In this document: piece after piece, positions 49,921 through 63,218 of the stretch | How positions within the stretch are numbered: the stretch's first letter is position 1 | How the letters are laid out: the number at the start of each line of letters is the position of its first letter | NCBI RefSeq assembly: GCF_032062105.1 | Contig: NW_026926521.1 | Span: 1-64,000, forward strand | Reading direction: 5' to 3' | DNA: 64,000 nt | Source: Saccostrea cucullata | Lineage: Eukaryota | The notes under the pieces: model-generated | What the model was told of the DNA's origin: nothing | Databases searched by the model: none | The model's input: only the letters and a program-made list of their open reading frames with translations | Program-made: the position numbers and the translations under genes

Positions 49921-52900
49921 AGAAGACCTCTCCAGCCCTCCCTTCATTACAAATTATTATACTGGGATGCTGTACACGTATATCATTAGCCTGTGGAGGA
50001 CTGCAAATTTACACCTTTTAAAACTTTTAATTATGGTCTAGCATTGAGAAGTGGGGAACATTTTTTATGACAACATCTACCTACATGTACTATGACTTTT
50101 AAGACCTCAGTTTCTCAGGGTCATACTATAAAATCACCATTTAAGGACTAATTTCCAGGTCCCTCAGGGAGATTCAAACCCAGCAATGTAAGGGTCAATT
50201 CCTTATCTCTATAGACTCTGCAATAATAGTTTAAATTTTATTTTTAACGAGATTAAAGATCAATATCAAGGACAAAAGGTCAGGTTGCCTGCATATTTAA
50301 ACAAACTAGGATTTAAGACTAAGACAAAAGCTAACAGCAATTTTTTTTACCTATCATTTTTGGAAATATATTACAGATATTGAGATTTTAACTCCATTTG
50401 ATGTATACATTGTATGAAATAAAAATATCAATGATATACCATATAAGCAAAATTTTTAGCAAGGATTTAATTTTGGCATTATTAGCGAGGGTGCCAAGAT
50501 CGCTAAAATTGAATATCGCTAAAAATTAATTGCGCTTTATTTGTATTAGCTTCTATTGTTATCTTTTTAAAATCGCTAAAATTACATCTCACTAACAATA
50601 AAATTCTAGTTTTTAAGGAAAAATCGCTAAATTTGTGTGTCGCTAAAATTTCACTTACCAGTATATGGTAGTATGAATTTTATAAATTAGCAATTATAAT
50701 GCCATTGAGAACTTCTTCTGTTCAGAGTGAAGATGATGTGTATGAAGCAGTGCGAGTGGCTATAAAAGCAGGGTACCGACATCTAGACTGTGCTGCCATC
50801 TATAGGAATGAGAGAGCAGTGGGTCAGGCCATCAAACAAACTATCGTAGAAGACAAGGTCAAGAGGGAGGACTTGTTCATCACAAGCAAGGTTTATTTAT
50901 TTGTTAAACAAAGCAGCTCAGTTTATTCAGTAGTTATAAGTTAAATGAGTGAAATCTCAGACCCCCCCTCACACACACACAATTCACAATCATTGATGTA
51001 AATTTCACATTTTCTATTTATATTTTTGTACCATTTTCATATTTAGCCCCTTAAAAGTTAATTGCATTAAATAAGAGTACACAAAGTACATTGTACATTT
51101 TACTTCAAAAAGTTTGGGCTGTGTGACTTTTACATGCATATCAACTTTTCATTTTATTTCAGCTATGGAATTCCTGTCACAGTCCAGATTTAGTAAGAAC
51201 TAGCCTCAAAAAGAGCATGGAAGACCTAGGACTGCAGTACTTGGATCTGTACCTCATCCACTGGCCAATTGGTCTAAAGGTGAGATTACTTTACATTTGG
51301 TATATATGCATGCATTTACGGTATAGCAGGTTTTCTTGGCAGTCGTAAAATTTGGTGTTTTGCTTGCTCTAAGGTATGACAGTAGTTTTAGCGTAATTTA
51401 TTTTAGTGGACGCAGGCTTTAAGCTCTTTGCAGATGGACACTTATAAGATTACTGACTATTTTAGTGATTGAAATTTTGACGGATTATCATCAAAACACC
51501 AAAATAAGCCAAAATTAGCACCCCGTTAAAATAACCTGCTATGCAGTATATGTCAAGGTAGTTTGTTTTTCTAACCCTATATAAATTCTTAATTTCTAGG
51601 AAGGAGGTGCATTTATTCCAAAGGATGAAAAAGGAAATGTTCTATTCTCTGATGTTGACTATGTAGACACTTGGAAGGTAAATATCAGAGAAAAGAAATT
51701 ATTATCATGATTCTAGTAGTAATGAATTCTGACTGATTGGTTCAGAAAAAAAAAGAACAAAAGTGTTTGTATTTTATTCCAAAATTAAGTTTTCGTAGAA
51801 AGAAGAGAGGTAAATAACAAACACATTTCTGTTGTAGGCAATGGAAGACTGTGTGGATGAGGGACTTGTAAAACACATTGGATTGTCCAACTTTAACAGT
51901 GAGCAAATCCAAAGAATTCTGGATGTAGCCAGGATTAAACCTGTCATGAATCAGGTGGGACTTGCTTAAATGTTTTTCACTTGAATATAAATTAACAATC
52001 AAAGAGAACTAAAATGAAGTACACTGCACTCTGTAATTTAAACTAGTATGTAATATGATCAAAGAAATTTAGATGGGATGAAACAACTTTGTATTTAGAC
52101 ATGTTTGTTTACTAGTATTTGTTTTAAATGATGAAATTTTAAAAATTTAGGGTTTCCTCTTTATAAAATGACTTATTTAAGTTGTATTAAAATTACATAT
52201 GTGACATGTATCTACTGTATATTATATTCAGGTAAAAAAAAAAACTTCTTCATTTCTTTCACAAGAAAGAGTATTATATCTGCATACATTATATTTTCAC
52301 AGGTTGAATGTCATATATACCTAAGTCAAGAAAAGCTGATAGAATTTTGCAAAGCCCGGGGCATTACAGTAACAGCATACTCTCCATTTGCTAGTCCTGG
52401 ACACAAAACGTAAGGTGGACAATGAATGTCAGTTTCTGTTACCTTATACCTTATTGATCTAAGAAGCTTTGTTTCAATTTTAAAGGGGTAAATTTTCTAA
52501 GATCCTCACTTTGTGAAGTTGATTCAAGTTTATTCCAATATAGGGTAATACCTTCTTTCAAAGGAAGACAACTCAGAATTGTGATAATTTAAGAACATCT
52601 ATTACATAATCTGTTTAAGAATCACTGGGCCAAAATATAGACATTATGTGAAACCTTCATTATGTATAGTGGAGATTCAAGTTCCTTTAAATCATGATTG
52701 AAGTTTAACAATAATTTATAATTAAAAACAAATCTGCTGATGAGGAACATCAGGGTCATATTGATTCAGATGAGTGTAGTGGCCTATGGGCCTCTTGTTA
52801 AAAATTTCTTGGGAATAATTCATGTACCAGCATCATATTGAGTTTTTATACACCAGCATGATCTTTGTTACCTGTTTTCTATAGTATTCCTTACACCCCA

Positions 52901-54015
52901 TGCCTGCAGGAGCCAGTCATAGTAGATATTGCTAAAAACAAGCAAAAGACTCCTGCTCAGGTAATTCCAGTTTCATGACCATAATAGATGACATTGAAAT
53001 GCATTTTGTAGTGGATGTCTGTGGTGAATCTGATATTCTAAGCTGCAGGTTGTCTTTTTCAGGTCATTATAAGGTTTCTTCTTCAGAGAGAACTAGTGGT
53101 GATTCCAAAATCAGTCAGTCCTGGTAGAGTCATTGAAAATTTTCAGGTAAATGACCAACCATTTTTTTCTTATACATGTATACATGTAATTTTGCAATTT
53201 CTTACAGTGCAAAGAACTTTTTCTGCTGCATAAACGAAATATAGACTTTATCGACTTCATTAAAAACCATATTGCTAGGCAGAAAAATATGTTTTTGTTA
53301 TACCCTTATAAATATTTCTATATAATATATAAAAAGTCCAACAAAAGAAATTGCTACTTTCAGATATGTTAAAACAACTTGATTTAGTCATGCCCAAGAA
53401 GTTAGAGTTGCTGCTAACAGCATAAACGAAATATATTTTGTGATAAATAATTTTTGTGATCTAGATATATAATTGCTTCAGCTTGATGTTTTATATTTTA
53501 AAAACATACATATCTAATTTTTTTTTGAGCAGTGAAGGGTATAACAAAACAGTTATAGAATTATCTTGGCCTGCGGCCTCGGGCAACAAGGCATTGCATA
53601 GATAAAATATGTTTATATTGCAGGTGTTTGATTTTGAACTGACAGATGAAGAAATGAAAAAGATCCTTGCTTTGAATAAAAATCATAGAATTAACACAGA
53701 GGATATGTAAGTACATGTATAGCAAAACTGTGTTGTAGATGTACATTTGATTGTTTGAACAATTAAATATATTCATTAATTTATTTGACTAAAACATTTG
53801 AACAACTGAAAATGACATATTTTTGACACCTTATTCTCACTAAAAAGTCATTTGGAATTAGTAAAGCAAGACAAAATTTTTGTTGTTGCTAATAATTCTT
53901 TGAAATATTGACATTAGAAATCCATTAGAAATTTTTACTTTATTTCTACATGACTTTTCCTTTGTTTTACAGAGCATTGACACACAAGTACTATCCATTC
54001 AACATTGAATTCTAA
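48222..54015 (+). CDS. Aldo-keto reductase family 1 (aldose reductase-like)
   Basis: PALGFGTY; [11 protein letters not shown] (catalytic D, Y); FITSK|LW (K); DLYLIHWP (H); IGLSNFN; NQVECH; VIPKS; C-terminus [10 protein letters not shown]. Confidence 0.93.
49360..49840. repeat. Degenerate ~140-150-bp tandem repeat, 3 units
   Basis: ttgaccaaacttgca(t/a)ggatg recurs at ~49420, 49570, 49709. Confidence 0.6.
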
Positions 54016-54300
54016 TACAGATTCTTCAGCTGAACCATCTCCTTCTATGTAGAATATGCAAATTTAAACCTGTATTTTTGTGTTTCCTATGTGATTTTTG
54101 TGCATGGAGAATCAGTTTGTTTTGAATGGCATTACACAATGTGACAATCAAAGAAATCTAAAGTGCTTCTTTCGATGAAGCTGAATAAGTATTTCAAATG
54201 TGTATATGTGATTATAAGTGTTATAATTATTAATGTTCAAAGTCCTTGTTAATTACCTCTTAGGTAAAGGAACCTGTAGTTATACAGAGTTAAAGATATA

Positions 54301-54508
54301 CTGTAGATCACTAAATTTTCGCGACACCTTATTTTCGCGAGATAGTCATTGACTCTTGATTAGCGAGACAAAATTTTCGCGAAGTGTGGTTATTGTTCTA
54401 TATAATCTTAAGGAATGCTATTATATGCGAGAATTAAATTTTCGCGAGCACACTGTCTCGCGTAATTACGCAAAAATAAAGTTCTCGCGAATAAAACATG
54501 ATTTACAG
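54301..54508. mobile_element. 208-bp TA-flanked MITE, copy 2
   Basis: Near-identical to 31222-31429; similarly built TA-flanked MITEs at ~37800-37988, ~50436-50670, ~51317-51548. Confidence 0.85.
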
Positions 54509-55658
54509 TATTGTTTACTATTTAGTTCCTAATTATCAAATGAAAGGCACATTATTTTATTTTTTTGGGGGAAAAAATCTTATGCTCTTTATACTTCATT
54601 TCATTAGGACTTACTATTGGTCATTTGCATATCCAGTAAAAGAACCAAATTCGAATTAAAAACAGACTCCTTTTCCACATAAAAGTAGAAATTCCAAGAT
54701 AATTTTGATTTTTTAAGTGTTTTCCAGAAATCTGCATTTTCATTGATGTAAATATAGGATAAGCCTTTTATTCAAACAGTCTTTGTTTTACAATTTACAT
54801 ATTTTATTACAAATAATCACTTAATCACATTTTAACATTTTCTGATTAAATTCCCATTGAAAGGATATAAGACCCTGTTAATAAACCCTGGCCATTTTTT
54901 ATTTTTGTTCAGTGTTCATTTTTGTGCCATAGATTATCTTCATTAATTTTTCACCTTACGTATGTCTGTAATCTTATTTAACCCTGCTTTTAAGATGCCG
55001 GAAAGCAATAAATTTTTTAATTTTTTTGAAAAATTTTAAGTTTCAAAAGCATAGTTATTGTTATTTCTAAAAATGCCTCAAGTTGTGGAAATTTAGCTTG
55101 TTAAATCTTGCTTTTGATGAGGTATGTGTTATGATATTTTTTTGAACATATGTGTAAGTAGATGTTTAAGATTGTCTATTTACTGTTGATTTTAATTTTG
55201 TGACAATTTTTATGGTTGAACCATGAAGCAAAATGTTGCAATATTTTTTTTTTTTTTTTACTTCTGATTATTATTTTAAGGAAATACTGTAGGTATTTGT
55301 ATACCCAAACAATGCAGGTATAATTTTAGTATGTTTTCTAAAAAGAAAAATTCATAATAGGTTTAATATAATTTGTAGTCAAGTATCAAAATTGAAGTTT
55401 GAATGCACTGTCAGTATCTAATTTTATTTGTACATAGCTCATACACTTATCCATATGACTTTAAAAGTCTTTGGTGCCTGTACAATTATGCAATCACATT
55501 TAATATTAAAATATCAAATTAATGAATGCATTGTTTTTGGATTTTTTGATAACTAATATGTAAGAGAAAAAGGGGAAAATGCATGACTAGACTGGGCATC
55601 AAGCTGAGGACCCTGCTGATATTCGCGGAAACTATAACATTCTGCTCCAATGAAGATA

Positions 55659-56996
55659 CGCGGGTTGTTCGATATGTATTGTGTACCACAGCGCGATAAC
55701 GCCTTGCACGATTTCGTCGATATTTATACGCCTGGATAACTCTATTCAATACCTTGCCAACAGTATAAACATGAGCCTTCATCTACACATGGTTATAAAA
55801 TAATCGTCATTTCAGTAGAGCCATTCGTTGACCACTGTTGTAAAAATGGTTGGGAAAATGGGTGAGAATATTGAAGAAATTAGAGCTTATATAAAAGTTC
55901 GCACAAAACTCGGTAATTCGGTAAAGCAGATTTTTACTGAATTGGGGGAAGTTTATGGGTCTGATAAGGTATCTTATGAGACAGTTCGTAGGTGGAGACA
56001 GAAATTTCTGACTGGTACAGAGTCCGTCAAAGATGCAGCAAAATTGGGTCGACATGTGACTGTATCAGGCAAGACAAATGTCTCAAAAGTCAAGGAAACA
56101 GATGAAAGTGATGGCACTGGTACACGATTTGTGATATTGCCAAAGCTGTTGGCATATCGCTATCGCGGTTGCATTTCATTTTGAAGCGTATTTTGAAAGT
56201 ACGAAAAATTTCTGCCAGATGGATACCCCATATATTGACAGATGACCATAAAAAGGTACGAATACAAACCGCTAAGCGACTGCTAAAAATGTTTCCAAAC
56301 TTCAATCAAAGACAGTTTGCAAACATAGTTACTGGTGACGAAACATGGGTTCACTATTTCGAACCAGTAAGAAAAGTTGGAAAGAAATTATGGCTAACCA
56401 AACACGTAGAAGGCCTGTAGTTGCCAAAAGGACAATGAGCACAAAGAAGGTCCTTTATTGCATATTCTTCTCTTGTGATGGTTTAGCCTGTATTTATTCC
56501 GGTGCCGAAGGGCAAAAAAGTATTACAGGTCGGTATTACCGAGATGTTGTACTGAAAAAGCTCAAGAAATATTATCAGAAACGAAGTCCTGTGTCGGAAT
56601 TTAGGCATGTTCGCCTTCTTCATGATAATGCTCCATCACATACATCTGAGCTTGTGAAGCAATTTTTGAAGTCTGAGAAGGTAACCGTCTTGCCACACCC
56701 ACCATACTTTCCGGATCTAGCACCATGCGACTTTTTCCTTTTTCCAAAACTTAAAAAGTTCTTATCTGGTCGCTTTACAAGTCCCGACAGGCCCTTGGCT
56801 CAGCCGTCAGTCAGTGCCTCAGAGGGTATACCTAAATCAGCGTACCATGACGCATTTCAGAAATGGATTCAGAGATTAAAATTGTGTATTTCAAATCACG
56901 GAGAATACTTTGAAGGGATATAATGTCCATTGGACTATTTGAATCAAATGCTTTTGAGATATCGTACAATACACAATACATATCGAACAACCCTCG
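55659..56996 (+). mobile_element. Full-length mariner (DD34D) transposon, 1338 bp
   Basis: 27-bp TIRs cg(c/a)gggttgttcgatatgtattgtgta with TA target duplication. Confidence 0.95.
55846..56923 (+). pseudogene. Frameshifted mariner transposase
   Basis: Split over three ORFs; motifs WIPHILT, TGDETW, HDNAPSH, YFPDLAPCDF with 34 residues between the second and third Asp. Confidence 0.92.
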
Positions 56997-57967
56997 TACA
57001 TGTACAACATAAGTTTTTAATGTGCCCCAGGTAAGTTAAAGTAATTCACCCTCAAGTTCAGGGGTGGTCAGAGGCACCAAATCTGGAATGAGAAAAGGAA
57101 AAAGTGTATGGTTGGATTGCAGGAAAGGTAATTTAAACCACGACTCCTGCATCACTGATTTATAGTTGCTTATCGACTGAGCTTACAGGAAGATATCCAT
57201 GGCTCAAACTATTACAATATAATGCAGCCATTGTACTCCAAAAGCAAAATCACAGTGATCTACATTGGGTCATGAGACATCATTTACTATATACATAGTT
57301 ATTTTTGCCCTTTAACACTCACAAAACAATTTGCCCAGTCACAGTCATCGTCGCAAACAACGGCTAAAATGTAGACTACGATCCTCTTTAATCTGGATGA
57401 GAGAGCTAATAACATGCGGACTCGAACCGTGGCTTGAGACTACGAGTTACAGTTTATACTGTTTTTTTTATTCGCCATGTTTACATTCGTCCACCTGATG
57501 TTATTAATTTCAATGAGAATATATTCGCCATTTGACATCCGCTAATTAAATAGCGCCGAGAATGGCATGCCTTAATGAAAGGCCAAGCTCCACTGAGAAT
57601 TGTACTATGTATACGACGAATCTAATTGTCCATAATATGTTGTATAATTTGGAATATCGGTTCCAATGGCATTCAAATCAGCCATTTGACGACACATTTT
57701 CTTTGTGAACAAATGGAGTATAATTATTTGACAATCAATGTTCCGAAGAAAGCTGAACAAGTTCCACGGGAAAAAGTTTCCTCTTAAATGCGCATCGTTG
57801 CATAGATGTCATCATGTCATTATGTTATATCAGTAAACAACGATCGAAGAGAGCTCATAACCTTTCAAGGAAAAGGAAAGTATTACCACTTCAATTCTTT
57901 TTACCGGTATTTTATCTTTCAAACTTTACATAGTGCAGACCAAGGACTTTCAAATCTTGTAAGTTGT

Positions 57968-60900
57968 ATGTTGTTGTATGGAAGGTATGGGTAACCAGGG
58001 CTTGATCAAAACGTTTTAAATTATCTGTGCCTTTAATCATTGATTTAAGATAAATTTAAACGTCAGTGTAATTTTACAGACAGCTAATGCAAAATGTAAA
58101 TATTACAAGTAGCTTGTATAGTAATAATGATGAAATGAAACTAAAAGGAAAATTTAATATAAATCACATAAGGTACGTAAATGAATTTAACAAAATATGA
58201 ATTTTGAAAATTGAAATATAATGAAAGATTTAAATAAGCTACGTCGACGTCATTACAAGAAAAACAAAGCCATTTTTGCTTGTAAAAATATATGCTTTAC
58301 AAATAAGATATACATTGTATTTATGTGTAATATAAGCAATACTTAGTCTTCAGAATGAATGATTGTTCACTTTTGTTTTACTTAAAACCAAGGATGGTTC
58401 TAGTGGATGTTCCACTAAGAATAAATGTATTTAAAAATTATGTTACAGTTTCCTTACAATTTTGTTTGGGATCCTTTCTAAAAGCCATTTTGTTCAGTGC
58501 AACTTTAACGAGTCCAATCAGACTCTCATCAAGAGCATACTCAATGAGCACCAGAAACAAGTAGATGACAAACTCAGTGAGCACCAGAAACAAGTAGATG
58601 GAGAACTCAATGAGTACCAGAAACAAGTAGATGGAAAACTCAATGAGCACCAGAAACAAGTTGATGGAGAACTCAATGAGCACCAGAAACAAGTAGATGG
58701 AAAACTCAATGAGCATCAGAAACAAGTAGATGGCAAACTCAATGAGCACCAGAAACAAGTAGATGGCAAACTCAATGAGCATCAGAAACAAGTAGATGAC
58801 AAACTCAATGAGCACCAGAAACAAGTAGATGGAGTACTCAATGAGCAACAGAAACAAGTAGATGGAGAACTCAATGAGCACCAGAAAAAAGTAGATGACA
58901 AACTCAATGAGCACCAGAAACAAGTAGATGGGCACAACAGAAACAAGTAGATGGAAAACTCAATGAGCACCAGAAACAAGTAGATGGAGAACTCAATGAG
59001 CACCAGAAACAAGTAGATGGAGAACTCAATGAGCACCAGAAACAAGTAGATGGAGAACTCAATGAGCATCAGATACAAGTAGATGGAGAACTTAATGAGC
59101 ACCAGAGACAAGTAGATGGAGTACTCAATGAGCACCAGAAACAAGTAGATGGAGAACTCAATGAGCACCAGAAACAAGTAGATGGAAAACTTAATGGGCA
59201 CCAGAAACAAGTAGATGGCAAACTCAATGAGCAACAGAAACAAGTAGATGGAAAACTCAATGAGCAACAGAAACAAGTAGATGGAGTACTCAATGAGCAC
59301 CAGAAACAAGTAGTTGGAGAACTCAATGAGCACCAGAAACAAGTAGATGGAAAACTCAATGAGCATCAGATACAAGTAGATGGAGAACTCAATGAGCACC
59401 AGATACAAGTAGATGGAGAACTCAATGAACACCACAAACAGGAAGATGGAAAACTTAATGAACACCGGAAACAAGTAGATGGAAAACTCAATGAGCACCA
59501 GAAACAAGTAGATGGCAAACTCAATGAGCACCAGAAACAAGTAGATGACAAACTCAATGAACACCAGAAACAAGTAGATGGCAAACTCAATGAGCACCAG
59601 AAACAAGTAGATGGCAAACTCAATGAGCACAAGAAACAAGTAGATGACAAACTCAATGAGCACCAGAAACAAGTACATGTAGATGACAAACTCAATGAAA
59701 TGACACAGATGTTAACAAGAATGGAGCAGAGAATAGTCAAAATAGAGAGAAGTATATTAAAAATTCAGACTCTTCAAGAAAAGGCAGAACGGGCAGATGA
59801 ACAATTGGAAGATAAAATTCCAAAATCAACATCCTTTCAACAATCACAGTTTAAAAAACGAAATAATGTTTTAGAAGGCAGAAAGGAATTTGAGACAAAT
59901 TCATACAAAACACGACCTAAATGCACTAAAACAGGAAACGTCGAACCTTGGTTTCAAAGGTATCATAATGTAAATGCAGGAGGGAGAGAAAGAAAATTGG
60001 AAGACATGTGCAAAAAGAAGACAGTCAGTGGAAAGACACAAACGTGTTGTACGTAACAAAACTTTTTCATGAATGTACGAAATGTTTTGATCTGATTATA
60101 CGTGTGTTGTATAATACGATAATATTTTAAATTTATGTTTTTGCAGATGTATTTGTTCTGGAATTACCTCTGTTACAATCAACTCCAGTCAACATTTTTG
60201 TCGCCATCAGTTGTATCTGTACTTGTTTCTGCTGTTGGTACTGTTTTTGCCGTCGTACGAAGCAAGTACTGGATTCCCCTTCGCTGAAGTCTGATTTGCA
60301 ACACACAAAACCAGAAGTGAAAATACAGCCTACAGTAGTAAGTAGTAAATGATGACTGATTAGATTATTGTTGTTTTACACTGAGTCGGCAATGTTTCAG
60401 GCATAGTTCGGCAGTAAAAAAGCTCTTATGCTAAATACTGCATTAACATGTTGCAATATTTATTCATTGACTGATGTTTAAAAGTTAAATAAAAGTTAGT
60501 TATCACAATGTCATATAGAAGAATAATCCAGTTTGAATTATAATTATTTACTTGGCAAGACCAAAAAAACAATACAGTATTTCTATTTTCAACGATCAAA
60601 CCCGAGAAGTGTTTAAATCTCGAAGACTCCCTCTGCATCATTAGTTTTGATGAGCAATCTAGCAGGGAACACCATCTACCAATGACGAAAGAAATCACAG
60701 AATCCGGTGAATGGGCAGCTAAACTTCAAACTAAGAGAGTCACCGTTAAAGGAGGTTATAGCGACCAGATCAAGGATATGATTCCACCATCTAAGGTATA
60801 ATATATTATACTTGCTGACTTTGTTAAAAAATATGTGCATCGTCATTCATTCCATTACTTTCATGCCCTTAATCTAGGATTTTTATGGTTATAGGTTTTT

Positions 60901-61502
60901 CTTGTTTACGTTAATTACAATGAAGGAAATTTAATCCTGGAACGCGATAATCAAGGGCTTAGAAGGAGGACTGTTAAATATCTTTTAGAAACAGGAGGTT
61001 AGTATTTAAACTAATTTGTGTTATAAAGCTGCTAATTATATAAATTTTACTTACTGCATCTTAAAAAAAAAGCATGAATATCTCAAACAATTTTAACGAA
61101 TGGAAACAATGTTTGTAGATTGTCTAATTAATAAAACATTGCAGAATGTGTGTAAATTTCCCCCAAACAGGTGTAATCTGATAGATTTTAAAGCATAAGA
61201 AAACATAAGCTAAATCCACGGGAAGTTTTCTTTTATTTTCTTTTAAAATTTTTGATTAAAAAACAGTTTTATTTTTCATAGCCATTGTTTTTATCGTGTA
61301 TTGTCTCGAAAAGTCATCAGAAAATCTCCTGGATGAGATGTATGCACAGAAACTTTCCAGCATCAGCTATGATTCCATGCTGAAGAATTTCAGTGCAAAG
61401 AAGAGGATACTTAGTATTTACAAAAAGTACAGTCGACATCAGCTTGTGGCCATTTGCCAACAAATCAATAATTTTAACAAGGAAATATTAGAGAAAGACT
61501 GA
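57968..61502 (+). CDS. Uncharacterised type I membrane protein: signal peptide, 11-residue coiled-coil repeat, TM/Cys cluster, cytoplasmic alpha/beta domain; disrupted in this sequence
   Basis: Exons 57968-57984, 58449-60048, 60147-60337, ~60595-60795, 60895-60997, 61282-61502 join in phase; one frameshift at ~58932 and a missing AG at ~60594. Confidence 0.6.
58540..59699 (+). repeat. 33-bp coding minisatellite, ~35 units (LNEHQKQVDGK)
   Basis: Unit ctcaatgagcaccagaaacaagtagatggaaaa; one 23-bp unit at 58924-58946; one unit has a 6-bp in-frame insertion at 59674-59681. Confidence 0.95.
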
Positions 61503-62267
61503 AGTTAAATGGTGAATTGAAGAGCAGAATAAGTATTGCATCTTGTATATGAAGTCCACAGAGAATACAATGTAAGTATAAGACAAAAGAAAAGTGTTTT
61601 CATTTTGAATTAATATTTTAACATTCTGTAAAGGACAGATATAGGCTATGCCTGCTGCCTAATCCATTTATGTTTTAGTACATAATAAAATATGTTCAGA
61701 TCAAATTAATATGCAAGCATATTGTGGTAGATTTACATCACTTTTTCAAATTTAAATTGAGAACAAGTAAGTCTTCGTTTTGTACAATTATTGATTAATT
61801 TAAAATATATTTTACTCATTGAATTGGATTGAACAATTATTGATTGACGTTTCCATTAAAAATTGAGCATAATTGATTACTAGTACTGAATGCAGTTCAA
61901 ATTTTCACTTTTCATGATAATGAGAATGTGAGACGTTATTATTTCCAAATAATATTTATCATGCATTTTCATACAAATTAAAGTACACGCATCGCCAAAA
62001 CACTTAATGTATTCTTGACTTTAGACAAATGGAAATATTTATTCTGAAAACAACTTTCCTATTTCTATGAAATAACTGAAAATAAATAACAACAGTATAT
62101 TTTATTTCATTAAAACATGAGATTGCATTTCAAATTTCAAATATTTTTGGCACAATTTATTACAAAAAAGGAAGACTTTAAAATCGATAACAAAAATGAA
62201 TATCAGTGATATCATATCTTTCCATGGTATAATATGAGACATAAAGCGTCAGTTATACAAAATATTA

Positions 62268-63218
62268 TCACAGAAATGTCGTGGCACTTGTGATGCTCAG
62301 GTTTTCAGTTGTCCCATACCCCGAGTCTGACTTAGCCAAGACCCTATGGCGAGGAAAGCCATTTTTCAAAGGAAATGTTAGTTTTTCTGCCATTGAGACA
62401 TCAGATGTAAGATTTTTTGGATCTGAAGCCATTTCATGAAGTTCATTCAGTATTTCTTGGACTGCTGCTTCGTCATGTTTATGCAAACTATTTTCATTGC
62501 TTTCAAATGCAAGGTTTTCATGACATTGTTCAAGCAAAGTGATTTTGTTAGTGGAAGAGAAATCTTTTGTCTCATTTACTTCACTTTTTTCCGAATGGGT
62601 TTCCAAAACATTATTTGACGGCGACTTAGTAACTTTTGTTTTGTTCCCCAATAATCCTCGGAAAAAGTTTTCAAAGCTGTACTTTCTGCATCGTAAGTCT
62701 TCGGTTTCTGGAGATTTCTTGCTTTGACAATATCCTTCAAAGAAACTCTCAGCACTAAGTTTCCTTATTTTGAGCTTTCCTACACCGTTTCGATTTTGGA
62801 AAGTGCGGATGTTATCCGAAACATCTCCTGCGCTAAACTTACGTCTGTTGCACCTAGTTTGCCTCTGTAATGACGTGTTTACGTCAGTTAATGAGCTACT
62901 ATTGCTTGTAGTCCTTCGAAAGCTTCCTATCCCAGAATCCCCTGTTTGGCTTCCTGTGCTGTACTTTTTCTTAACATCAAGTTCACAAAAGTCATTTTTA
63001 CTAATCTGGTCAGCATCAAGTTGTGAAAGTCTTTTTGTTTCTCCAATACAACTGTTTCTGTGTGTCACTTCTTTCTCTTTGTTTTTCTGAGATACACAAG
63101 ATAAACCAGTCTTCCGACACCTCTCTGGATTATTCGTTATGATATTCGACGAGACCCCGTTGACGGTCGAGGCTCGGGCACTAGGACCTTGGACAGTCCC
63201 AGCACCCGAGGCGTACCG
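62268..63218 (-). CDS. Putative stop-codon readthrough extension of the guanylyl cyclase (316 codons)
   Basis: Same frame as the cyclase exon; open from the codon after TGA 63221-63219 to TGA-TAA at 62270-62265. Confidence 0.7.
   Translation of the reverse strand, partial: RYASGAGTVQGPSARASTVNGVSSNIITNNPERCRKTGLSCVSQKNKEKEVTHRNSCIGETKRLSQLDADQISKNDFCELDVKKKYSTGSQTGDSGIGSFRRTTSNSSSLTDVNTSLQRQTRCNRRKFSAGDVSDNIRTFQNRNGVGKLKIRKLSAESFFEGYCQSKKSPETEDLRCRKYSFENFFRGLLGNKTKVTKSPSNNVLETHSEKSEVNETKDFSSTNKITLLEQCHENLAFESNENSLHKHDEAAVQEILNELHEMASDPKNLTSDVSMAEKLTFPLKNGFPRHRVLAKSDSGYGTTENLSITSATTFL

Noticed and set aside
53293-53590. Possible fourth hairpin element in an AKR intron (IR ttttgttataccctt / aagggtataacaaaa followed by ggcctgcggcc)
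   Set aside because: The hairpin arms are too degenerate to support the call.
55583-57036. Possible signal-peptide exon (MTRLGIKLRTLLIF...) interrupted by the mariner, with a donor near 57031
   Set aside because: The reconstructed empty site hits TAA within a few codons and no convincing downstream exon was found.
58438-59740. Hydrophobic minus-strand ORFs (IYLFLVLIEF repeats)
   Set aside because: Antisense shadow of the 33-bp repeat; the plus frame has signal peptide and splice support.
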